From Octopus sinensis (taxonomy: Eukaryota), in NCBI RefSeq assembly GCF_006345805.1, contig NC_042997.1, positions 140,678,001-140,742,000 of the forward strand: 64,000 bases of DNA, read 5' to 3'. Both the position numbers and the translations under genes were made by a program. The notes below the pieces were generated by a model. It saw only the letters and a program-made list of their open reading frames with translations. It made no database searches and had not been told where the DNA came from. Positions 48,691 to 59,824 of this stretch are shown here, piece after piece (position 1 is the first letter of the stretch; the number at the start of each line of letters is the position of its first letter).

Positions 48691-48966
48691 AATAGCCAAA
48701 TCGGAACAGATATTTTTCACGAGGCATTCACGTCCATGCCTCGCCAATATCTGACCTAAAATTTTCAAATCGTCGCACTCGCGCCAAATTTATCGGCAGC
48801 AAATAAATATAAGCCGCCGATTCCATTACAGAACTAACCAGAAAATTCATAATTAATCAATATAGGGAGGCAAAAAAATTTTGTAGAATTCTTTTGCCCC
48901 CTATATTGATTAATATATATATATATATATATCACTTTTTTTCTCTCCTTGTTTCTTTCTGTGTTC

Positions 48967-49002
48967 CTTTCTGTGGAAGAGCGTAGGCTCGAAACGTAAA
49001 AG
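48967..49002 (+). ncRNA. Hammerhead-like motif with variant core (CUGUGGA)
   Basis: CUUU-CUGUGGA-A-GAGC(GUAG)GCUC-GAAA-CG-UA|AAAG. Confidence 0.4.
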
Positions 49003-49604
49003 ACTTTTTCAATTCTCGAGCGTCATACTTATATATGTTTGTTTTCTACACCACCTGTCTTCGTCTTTTGTTTTTATCGTGTACTTTATCTCGTTCGGCT
49101 TAACAGCCCTTCTTGTCTTGTTATTCTCCTTGTCCTGTCTTTTACTGTTTATATTTTGTACTGTCGTTACTGTCCTGTTTTTGTTACCATTTTTACCCCT
49201 CCGCAAAAAGATCTCAAATTTTATTTAATTTGCTTTTCGCGGGAAGGAAAGTTTCTATCGAAGATGCGTATCGCCTTCACCTTCGAAACGCAGAGTACAA
49301 ACCATGGCGACTGAAGAAGGGGAATTTTCCTTGTGTTATTTGTCCTGTACTCTATTTTTTCGTTGTTTAAGAAAGATGTCCAGTTCCTTGGTTTTGTGTT
49401 TATGTTTTCGTTCCTCATTGTGTTCGACGTTGTTTTTGGTGTCCTGTACCCATATATGCATGTATATATACATGTAGAGGTAGGTACGTACATATATGTA
49501 TGTATATATGCATATGTCTTATTTATTCATTTATTATATGACGGAACGCACGCATCCATTTCTAATATGTTCTTGATATATATATATATTATTCTCTTTT
49601 TTTT

Positions 49605-49780
49605 ACTCTCTTTTTACATGTTTCAGTCATTTGACTGCGGCCATGCTGGAGCACCGCCTTTAGTCGAGCAAATCGACCCCGGGACTTATTCTTTGTAAGC
49701 CCAGTACTTATTCTATCGGTCTCTTTTTTGCCGAACCGCTAAGTGACGGGGACGTAAACACACCAGCATCGGTTGTCAAG
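49605..49780 (-). mobile_element. SINE family B, 3' half
   Basis: Near-exact reverse complement of 63725-63900. Confidence 0.85.
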
Positions 49781-50503
49781 CAATGCTAGGGGGACAATCT
49801 TTCCCTATTTCTTTCTCTTTTCTCTTTTTTCTTTTTCTTTTTCTTCTTCTTATTCTCTTTTTCCTTTTCTCTTCTCTTTTAGTCCCCTCCCCCCCCCTTT
49901 TTTGCTCCCTCCTCCTTTATTTTCTCTCTTTTCTTCTATTCCCGTCCCTTTTCTATTCTTTGCCTCTCTAGAAAGCCCTTCAGCCTTTAAAAGTTAAATA
50001 GCTACAGCCTCTTGTAAATAGCAGTAATGTGATTAATGTGGCAAATACCTAATCATATAACAAGAATTGATACCTACCTCATTGTGTTCAACCACTGATA
50101 AATTTATCGCCTGTGAATATGAAATTCCTCTTCATTTCTCTGGAAATTTACATCTACACCATTGGAGATTGTGCATCTATACAAAGGATTAATTCACCCT
50201 CTCTGTAATGCTAATAAGCAGGAATTGAGACCCACCTCGTTGTGATTAACAATGGATAAATTTGTCTTCTGTGAGTATGTAATCCCTTATCATATCTCTG
50301 GAAATTCATATGTGCTCTATGGATTAGGTCACCTTCTCTGTGATGCTATTAAAACTTTTTTTAAATTCTGTGATAAGACTGTACATCATCTTTAAGAACT
50401 GTAATGAACTTTGGAAATCTGTTTATGTTTATGTTACTTAATTATCTACATTACTTCATGAGTATAGCCTCAACCACTAGGATGTCTAGAGAACTCACAT
50501 GTA

Positions 50504-50594
50504 TTTTAGCTGATGAGTACGGGACACGTTTATATGCTGTAATTTTTACAACTTTTAATAAAGCCTGTCCTTGTATGAAACGATTGTACTAAAA
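50504..50594 (+). ncRNA. Type I hammerhead ribozyme motif
   Basis: UUUUAG-CUGAUGA-GUACGGGACA...UGUCCUUGUAU-GAAA-C-GAUU-G-UA|CUAAAA; 6-bp stem I, extended stem II. Confidence 0.75.
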
Positions 50595-50785
50595 ACCTAT
50601 CCATTCTTGTTGCTTCTTTCCCGCTTATAATCACCCCGCATTACTGTATTGTTAAAACAGTATAGTTTTTTTTTGGTGCATCTAAGTTAGGTACCATATT
50701 CAAGTAAATTCATTTAAATTAACTTGAATCTTTATTGCTTTTTGTATATATATATACATATATATAAATATATATATATAATATT

Positions 50786-50817
<32 letters not shown>

Positions 50818-51049
50818 TTGCTTAGTTTTCTTGGAGGGCTGGCCGTGATCTAGTAATCTCAAGATTAATCAGCCGAAATTACTACGATGATCCGGTTCTT
50901 GACTGAAGACTGAGGGGTTCGAATGTCCTGTCCATGTTTATTGTATCGTCTTCTAAGAGTTATACGTTCTTGTCCATGTTGTATTTTTCTACATACCTTA
51001 ATATATATATATATACATATACAAGACAAGGTATAAACAATTATTGGGT

Positions 51050-51705
51050 GGGTGGTTGGACGGACGGAGTTAAATATTTGGAGACATATTCGGGTGTAAG
51101 AATACGGTATTAAAGAAAGCTGGGCCGGTTGAGGTAAAGTAGTTGTGACGTAATGCTGTTATGTTTCCTGAATTCGATTTTTGTAGTAGGCGGATAGCAC
51201 GGGGACCAAAGTCTTGGATGGATTTTAAAATTGATGACAACATCATTTGTGCAATATTGATGGAATATTTTCCACATCATACAAATGAAGTAGCGTTCCT
51301 GGCGGCTTTGGAGAGACTAGAGATTTAGAATTTGTAGATGACCTCAATAGTCAATGCCTCTGATGCTGTTTATCTTTCTTGATTTTGACCTCTGGAGTGC
51401 TTCCACTTTCATAATGAGTTGCTTCGTATGGGGAGACCAGTGGGAAAAAGTATTCAATGTGGGGTCGGGCAAAAGTAGAGAAGAGAAGGATGATGGTGGG
51501 TATCTCTAGACCGGTTAGATCTCAGAATCCAGGAGCACATCATGCTGGCTAAGGCAACCTTGCTGCTTACGTGGGGACTCCAGCTTAGATTGTTATCAAC
51601 AATTACTCTAAGGTCTCTGGTGTTGTTGGATGACACTAGGGAGTCACCCGAGTGAAGAACATGTGGTAATTTCAGAGTATCCTCTTTTCCAAAGTGGATC
51701 AAATC
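51050..51705 (-). mobile_element. CR1-clade LINE fragment, degenerate
   Basis: HFGK...RDLRVIVDNNLSWSPHVS.KVA.AS.M..WILR...SRD, continuing with frameshifts to ICMMWKI...F..HPR. Confidence 0.7.
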
Positions 51706-51841
51706 AAATGGCGGTGCACTTGCGTGGCTGGGAAGGGGGGCGTTAGGGTAGCACTCGCTACGTTAGTGTGACGGTGCCCCAGCATGGACACAGCTCGTGA
51801 ACTGAAACTAGCTCGATTCAATTCATATATATATATATATA

Positions 51842-52373
51842 TTGAAAAAAAAGGTCGTCAGAATTTTGGGAAAAATTTTTATTTTTTCATTATTATTAAC
51901 ACTTTTGTTCGTTTCTCGAACTTGTCAAACAGAATTTTGTGAATGTACAAACAGCTTGTTCATTTATATAAAACAGGTTTTGGTGGGGTTTTGTTTAGAA
52001 GAGAACATTGTTTTCGTTTTTTGGGGTGAGGTTCCATGACAATGGAGATAGATAGGTAGAAATATTGGTAGGTAGATAGGCTGATAGATAGATCTATTTA
52101 TCTGTCTATGTATCTATCAGCCTATTTATCTACCTATATTTTTACCTATCTATCTCCATTGCCATGGAACCTCCCCCCCCCCAAAAAAAAAACAAACAAA
52201 AATAATGTTCTCATCTTACCTTCCCCCCAACCTCTGTTTTGTATAATGAGCAAGCTGTTTGTACATTCACAAAATTCTATTTAACAAGTTCGAGAAACGA
52301 ACGAAAGCGCTTTTAATAATAAAGAAGAAATGAAAAGATTCTTTTCCAAAATTCTGACGACCTTTTTTCTCAA
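51842..52373. repeat. ~530-bp imperfect palindrome centred on a (GATA)/(TATC) tract, TA-flanked
   Basis: TA|TTGAAAAAAAAGGTCGTCAGAATTTTGG ... CCAAAATTCTGACGACCTTTTTTCTCAA|TA; arms align throughout, with more divergence in the inner third. Confidence 0.85.
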
Positions 52374-52475
52374 TATTCAATTTCCGTACACCACACCTAA
52401 CACTCTATACATACATACATACATACATACATACATACATACATACATACATACATACATAATACATACATACAT

Positions 52476-52533
<58 letters not shown>

Positions 52534-52685
52534 TCACATACACACATGTATAAACATATGCATGTTTATTTATATGAGCATTATATACACGTCTGCACAT
52601 AAAGATTTCGGCTTATCTGAAGAAGTTGAGTCTATGTCATTACAGAAATGTCAAGAGAGGAGGTCTTCACCGCCACCACCTCATC

Positions 52686-53550
52686 ACCACCACCACCACC
52701 ACCGCCACCGCCCCCGCCGCCGCCATCAACACCCGCTAAAACATCACTATCCCCATCATAGACACCCTCATCGCGAGCCTTCACCAATTTATCATTGTCA
52801 TCAAATAACAGCAACAACACATCAACATTACCTAACTCCTCCTCCCCCTCCTCCTCCTCCTCCTCCTCCTCCTACTACTACTACTACTACTCCCCACCAT
52901 CACCACCACCACTACCGCCTCCAACATGTTCGTCAACGACCTTTCGAGTATCCTCCTCAAAAATCATCATCACCATCACCATAATTTCTTCCTTCAACAT
53001 CATCATCGTCGCCCTCATCCTTTTCATCATCATCATCATCATCGTGGTCGTCGTCATCATCAACATCCTCATCATATCATCATTACTGCTACCACTAGCA
53101 CCACCACCACCACCACCACCACCACCGCCACCGCCCCCGCCGCCGCCATCAACACCCGCTAAAACATCACTATCCCCATCATAGACACCCTCATCGCGAG
53201 CCTTCACCAATTTATCATTGTCATCAAATAACAGCAACAACACATCAACATTACCTAACTCCTCCTCCTCCTCCTCCTCCTCCTACTACTACTACTACTA
53301 CTACTACTCCCCACCATCACCACCACCACTACCGCCTCCAACATGTTCGTCAACGACCTTTCGAGTATCCTCCTCAAAAATCATCATCACCATCACCATA
53401 ATTTCTTCCTTCAACATCATCATCGTCGCCCTCATCCTTTTCATCATCATCATCATCATCGTGGTCGTCGTCATCACCAACATCCTCATCATATCATCAT
53501 TACTGCTACCACTAGCACCACCACCACCACCACCACCACCACCACCACCA
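52686..53550. repeat. Tandem duplication of a 423-bp trinucleotide-repeat mosaic
   Basis: ATCAACACCCGCTAAAAC at 52725 and 53148; the unique parts are identical and only repeat counts differ. Confidence 0.85.
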
Positions 53551-53939
53551 CCAACAGCAGAACCACTACCGCCGTCGCCACCACCAGCACCACTACTATC
53601 ATCTTGTTCGTGGATAACGCCGTTAGCTATATGAACATTTTCCTCGAACAAACGAGAGAACCTTTAGAGGCAAAAATCGACTTGCAAGAAAAAAAAGAAG
53701 CAGCCTAACCTTCCAAAGACTACTGACCCTGTTGGCTTGAGTCGATTTGAAGCTATAGTGACTTGCCCAAGATTCTACGCAAGGCGATAGAACTCGAGGA
53801 CTCGTACGGCTATGCTACATACAAAGACTTTGGATAAAAATGAAAATAAAAAGATGTCGACGGTTGGAACAACTTTGATCATAGGACTGTTCTCTCTGAT
53901 CCGGGAAAGGGAGGTTAAGTAACAGTAATAAACAATATT

Positions 53940-54320
53940 CTTTTTTTAATCTAGGCACAAAGTCTGAAATTTTTCGGGGGGGGGGGGCAGTCGATTAGAT
54001 CGACCCCAGTATGCAACGGTTACTTAATTTATCGACCCCGAAAGGATGAACGGCAAAGTCGACTTCGGCAGAATTTGAACTCACAATGTAAAGACAGACG
54101 AAATACCTATTTCTTTACTACCCACAACGGGCTAAACACAGAGGACAAACAAGGACAGACCCACGGATTAAGTCGATTATATCGACCCCAGTGCATAACA
54201 GGTACTTAATTTATCGACCCCGAAAGGATGAAAGGCAAAGTCGACCTCGGCGGAATTTGAACTCAGAACGTAGCGGCAGACGAAATACCGCTAGGCATTT
54301 CGCCCCGCGTGCTAACGTTT
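53940..54320 (-). mobile_element. SINE family A dimer
   Basis: Reverse complement of head + long-tail unit + short-tail unit; junction at ~54100-54120. Confidence 0.85.
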
Positions 54321-55099
54321 TGAGTAGTTTTGCAATAAATATTAACATATACCAAACATCGTGTAAGATAAGTAAAGAACTTGCCAAACAATCATAAATC
54401 TATATTATCAACCAATGACTTCGTGGCGTCGGCTGACGCTTTATTTTCTTATATCTAAAGCACTTCAAAATATTTTATTTTAGTAAATTCACTTCACGTC
54501 TCTTGACTTGTCTGTCATCTCTGATGAGTATCATCTCTTTACTTTGACACTTTACAATAGCCGTGATCTTCAGAAAGTCACATAAAAGTTGGCTGTGAAG
54601 TTGATTGTGCGTCAGGGTTATGTCGACCTTATCAAACTTTTGCCATGAACTTTATTCATACTCATGGAGTAACGAAGTCATCGTGGATATAGGGTTCTTT
54701 GTAATGTTAAAGGAACGTTAGTGTATGTGTAATAGTCATTGAGATTCAGTTTAATTCTGTAGACGAATGCTTTAGAGACTGAATGTGAATCACTGATTAA
54801 TAGTTTTTTCATAGCATTAATGCAACTGTAATATCTTCAGGCTTGTTCTCTTACACAGTCCATGACTGACAGAAATTGCACAAAAGCATCACAATGGGAA
54901 GCCATGGAAGAAGGTATAAGAGAATCTATAAACTCAGGTAGTTCTGGTCTTTTTTTCTTCATTATTGCAAGAGACTGAACCAGTGCTTATATATGTTTTG
55001 GGTTCTACTGAAATTCTGTTGATAATTTCTTTACTAAAAATCATTGATATTTTAAAGATTTTTAAGAGAGAGAGAGAAAAAAAAATCATTCGTTACTCA

Positions 55100-56340
55100 T
55101 CTGTATCATTTTCTCTGGGATTCATTATTCACAATTTTCAGTAACAAACAATATAAAGGAGAAACATCGATGATATCAGCGGTAACATCATTTTGAGCGC
55201 TGGAAAATCTACCATTTACAAATTGAAAGAATTCATTTAGAAAATTTTGGTTCGTTCACATTTGCTTTCATATTCTAAGTTAGTTGAAGTTGCTGAGAGT
55301 GATGTTACAAATGATACAGCTGGGAGGGGACAACGGAAAGAACTTGTCTGAAAGTAACCCCCATCAGTAAGGTTAACTTATCGCACAACATATCTTCACT
55401 TACCATTATTTCTTAAAGAGATTTATCAGTTGCATGCATGGCATAATACAATATTACTGGCGCTTCATCAATGATAAACACTTTTATTATTCTTAGATTA
55501 TTAACCCAAGTTGGGTCGATATAATCTCGAGTTTCCCAGTAACCCCAGTTTGCCAGTGACTCCAAACCGCGATCTCGTGTTCTTCTCGGATACATTTTGT
55601 ACATTCTAATGATGGAGGAGTATCGTTCCAAATTCAAACAAAGGCATTTACCATCATGACTTAATTTTTTAATGTGATTAAAACGAGGCTTTGCAATGAA
55701 ACATTAAGTGAGACGTACACCACCTGAAAGGAGCGGTTTGTTTTTCTTTTCAAAGTTATAAAAAATAAGCTGCCATTGTTTCTGAGTGGCAATGCATCAG
55801 GGACATTTAAAAACAAACCACTGAGATACGCATTGTGTAATGACGGACATAGTGAAAACACAACTTCCTGTATTTTGGCATTTTAATAAATACAAAAAAA
55901 AAACAAAACAAGAAAAGCGTATGTGAATGAAACAGTTTTTGTTAACTTTCGCATGGATAAGTACGGTGGTATTAATAACGATTATCCAGACGGTACTGAT
56001 CAGATACTGGACAGCCATGATGAGTCATTCCCGACGGATGAAATAGAACTGACAGTATAATTTCAAACAATATGAGGCGGACACACCAGAGGAAGTGGAA
56101 GAATTGACTGCGGTCAGGAAATTAAAAATGTAAAATATTCAGAATGCTCTTGCCAAAATTGATATTATGTATTTAATGTATTCGGTCGCAGTAATCTTCA
56201 CTGGGGACGTAGCTACGGTAACCAAAAAGTCGCCAATAATATGTCGAAGCACTAATATATTTCGCTAGAAAAACGTAAAATATTGCGCCAGATGCTAACG
56301 CTGCAGTTTGTGATGAAGAAACGGAAGGAACTCCTGAACT
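55100..56340 (+). pseudogene. Ancient pogo/Tigger-like transposase remnant
   Basis: Ordered weak matches across frames: KGETS (GEAAS), LPLFLSGNASG (LLLLDNAPGH), ENTTSCI (PNTTS.IQ), DQILDSHDESFPTDEI (EELL.SH.EELT.EEL), EKRKILRQMLTL.F (EK....Q.TLD.F). Confidence 0.45.
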
Positions 56341-56379
56341 TGACGAATGACAACCAGGAACGTCCTATTAATATTGATT

Positions 56380-56592
56380 TCAAATTTTGGCACAAGGCCA
56401 GTAAGCATGGAAAATGGAGTAAGTCGATTACGTCCACCCAAGTGCTCAACTGGTACTTATTATCTTGACATTGAAAGGATGAAAGGCAAAATCAACCCCA
56501 ACGGTATTTGAACTCAGAACATAAAGACGGACGAAATGCCGCCAAAACATTTTGCCCGGCGTGCTAACTATTTTGTCAGCGTGCTGCCTTAA
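56380..56592 (-). mobile_element. SINE family A, short-tail form
   Basis: Reverse complement of the consensus; flanked by repeated ATTAATATTG. Confidence 0.8.
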
Positions 56593-56926
56593 CGTCTAAT
56601 TAATATTGCCTCATGGCACGAATGACATAGAAAATACCAATGAAGAGGCCAGATATAATCAAGAGGAGGATCCCCAGAATAAAACTTCAAATTTTATTTC
56701 ATCGATTGGTGTACATACAAGCATAAATAAAACGTATTTTAATATATAAAATATTTAATTATTTTTGAAAAATCAATATAAGTACAAACATACTAAAATT
56801 TAATCATTTCAGAACCATTGCGTTGTGTTTGCGGCTTACCATTTTACAACTTTGTTTTGTTGAAACATAACCCTGTGGCCTTGATTGTCTGAGGCTGTAT
56901 GGAAGCCAATCGCACGCGTGCTCTCT

Positions 56927-56979
<53 letters not shown>

Positions 56980-57199
56980 CACAGACGCGCGCACACACAC
57001 ACATGCACAGACGTGCACACACACCGCTGTATTTATATATGTTTCCTTGTGTTTATCTCCACTGGTGTCGGTTAGTTTATATATACATTTATACATATGT
57101 CACCAAAATTACGCAAAAATGGAAATAACACTGACGTCTCGTTTTAACAGATATATTTACCAAAATTACTTAAGAATATCTTGAAATACTAAAGAGTAA

Positions 57200-58225
57200 A
57201 TTTATTCAATAAAATCGCCATTGGTTACAACCACAGCCTCCAAACGACTTTGGAGTATCCTGCAACTCTTCTGGATAGTCTCCTTGTTTAAGTTGGCGAA
57301 TACTGCCATATTCCTTGCCGTCATTTCATCTTTTGGTGTTACAAAGAGTTTTGTTGGTCTCTCGCTCAACTGCGCCCCACACATAATAATCAAGGGGGTT
57401 CCATTCTGGGGAGTTAGGTGACTAGATGTTAGGTGTGATGTAGTCGCAGAAATTGTCTGACAGCCATGACTGGGTTCTCCTGCTTGTGTGGCATGGTGCA
57501 GAGTCCTGTTACCAGACGTAGTGTCTACCCTCAGGGCAGCACTACCTCCTCCGTGCATTTGATGTTGTCCTTCGTGTGGGAAGATGAATGGAGACATAAC
57601 GTCGCCATCACTAGTGATCACTCGAAACACCATGATGTTGACTGGATGTTTGATTATTATCACTCTCGGTACATGTTTTGGGGATAAGGCAAGCCAACAG
57701 TTGTTCTGTGTATTGACCATCTGATCCTGGCAGAAATTTTTTCTCGTCTGAGAAAACCCCAAGCATGTTCAGTTGGAGCGGGTGTTTGAGTTTGTTGAAA
57801 AGCTTCGTGGCGCAGTCTTTCCTCTTGTCCTTGGTGGCTTGGGCTAAAAATTGGTCCTTTCTCATCTTGTACGAGGAATACCGAATGTCTTCATGCATTA
57901 CCTGCCTGATAAGAAACTCATACACTGGCATGTCCTTGGCGATGGACCTGCTTGACTTGGAGTGAGTTTTCCAAGCTGTCGCACCTTCGTAATCACCATT
58001 AGACTCATCCAACTCTTTCTGAATCCTCTGCACTGTCCTCAGATTGACACTGTGAAATGTTCGTATTTCAGAGTGTTTGGGTCGTTTCCAAATTTCTGGC
58101 AGAGAGAATTGCGTCATCGTGCTGTTTTTCTCACAGACGGTGTCCAATTGACCCTACTATACCGTGTAGTCGACAAAATCAAAAACAAACAATGGCGACA
58201 GTTTACCCATCGCACCTTCTGTGTG
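57200..58225 (-). mobile_element. maT/mori-like DD37D transposase relic
   Basis: VFSDEKKF...*QDSAPCHT...*SPNSPEWNPLDYYVWG with exactly 37 residues between the 2nd and 3rd Asp; C-terminus RLEAVVVTNGDFIE*. Confidence 0.85.
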
Positions 58226-58388
58226 TGTGTGTGTGTGTATAAATATATGTGTGTGCGTGTGTATATATATGTGTGTGTGTATGTGTGTATATGCATATAT
58301 ATGTATATATATTATTACACACATACATACATACATACATACATACATACATACATACATACATACACACATGCAAGTGTGTATGCGC

Positions 58389-58419
<31 letters not shown>

Positions 58420-58669
58420 TGTTTATACATATGAGGCTGATGAATCTAACATCGTCAGCTTTTCCGTGCTTAAAAAGTTTTTCTGAGATATTCTCTGAAA
58501 GACTAAACAAAACCCTTCAGCCCTGGTGACGTAGGGAGCAGCTGGATTTCTCTAAAAAAGACTCTGCAACACCACCTTTGCAGCTGACAAACTTGGGCAT
58601 CCAAGTTGACACTACTAGGATTGGTTTGATAAGAATAACAAAGAAACTCAAAGCCTTCTTCTTCTTAGA

Positions 58670-58692
58670 CAGAGAAAGCGAGAGAGGGAGAA

Positions 58693-58729
<37 letters not shown>

Positions 58730-58749
58730 GAGGAGAGAGAGAGAGAGAG

Positions 58750-58830
<81 letters not shown>
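58670..58830. repeat. (GA)n microsatellite
   Basis: Direct reading. Confidence 0.9.
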
Positions 58831-58961
58831 CTAATTAAGTCTGTCAGTAGTGACCTCTAATTCACAGTTAAACCAGCTGATGCTCTGCATTCATGTAAAA
58901 ATGACCCCCAGAAAAAAATATAAACTAAGGGTCATGAAAAATAATTTATTTGAAGAAAGAG

Positions 58962-58995
<34 letters not shown>

Positions 58996-59149
58996 TTGAT
59001 GCTAATACAATGCACGAAGAGTTTTTGAAAGAAAGCTCACATCACAGCAGATGACGATACACGTATCACAGGCAAAGAGGCAATAAGTGAAAGACGGGCT
59101 GAATACAATTAAAACGTTCTGAACAGATAACCTAATTTAAATGAGAAAT

Positions 59150-59824
59150 CTATTATAGATAATCTGGTGTAGATTCCCATCAGCACAGTTCTTGAAGTTT
59201 TCGCCTTTCTTAAAACTTGTGATGTACCGAGACCGCCGACCTTTAATAATACACTGGTGTGGATTCAATTCCGGCTGAGATATATGTCTATGGTAGTGAA
59301 ACGCGTATTGAAAAGCGGCTATCTTTCTTGATCCGGTCAGTAAACACCATTCTGCAAGAATTCAAGAATGCTACATTCATTCGCCTCTAATGAGGACAAA
59401 GGAGACAGATAGTCTTGTGATGGCAGTTGTAAGGGTAATTTCCTCTTGCCAGTTAATGGAACGAATACCCCTGAATTGTCTCATTCACCATCTCAGCACT
59501 AAAAATTTCCAGTCAGTAGGCTAATGTGGTGTTTGCTGTGCAAGCATAACTACTGATATGATCTTTTCGATATAAGAGATTCAGGAGACGTGCGTAGAGT
59601 AGAAGCAGGTCGTATGTATAACCTTTGTTGATCCCACAAAGGCTTTTCCGGTGGTTTGTGGAGATACCTTTCTAAATATCATCAACCAATATTTGCCGTA
59701 TGGCGCGACAATTTCACGATGACGTGTTAGTGAGTGTTAAGAGTAAAGGAGACATATCTATATAATTTTCTGTTACAAATGTGTTTGGCATCCTTTCTGT
59801 CTCGGGAGACAATGGAGTTGCGCA
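59150..59824 (+). mobile_element. Old RTE-clade LINE, part upstream of the nested insertion
   Basis: GVDSIPAEIYVYG...QEFKNAT...TTDMIFSI*EIQE.C.E...FVDPTKAF...FHDD...NGVA, many stops. Confidence 0.75.

Larger units (their letters stand above)
47971..48914 (-). mobile_element. Head-to-tail 490-bp repeat (1.9 copies), one hammerhead per unit; retrozyme / Penelope pLTR-like
   Basis: Units start at 47971 and 48461 and differ by three single-base homopolymer indels and one substitution; flanked on both sides by (TA)n; short inverted extension at 48901-48914. Confidence 0.9.

Noticed and set aside
49275-49325. Possible type II hammerhead (CGAAA before CTGAAGA), with a related minus copy at ~40770-40825
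   Set aside because: No convincing NUH site or stem I/III in either copy; probably a PLE-derived repeat, but the fold is not supportable.
54700-54960. GPCR-like TM fragment on the minus strand (ILLYLLPWLPIVML)
   Set aside because: Isolated, surrounded by stops, with no other GPCR motifs; the region is better explained as a pogo relic.
26293-57510. Many transposase stops arise from TGG, CAA or CGA codons, two at a homologous Trp
   Set aside because: These are the expected single-transition routes to stop codons, so they are not evidence of targeted hypermutation.
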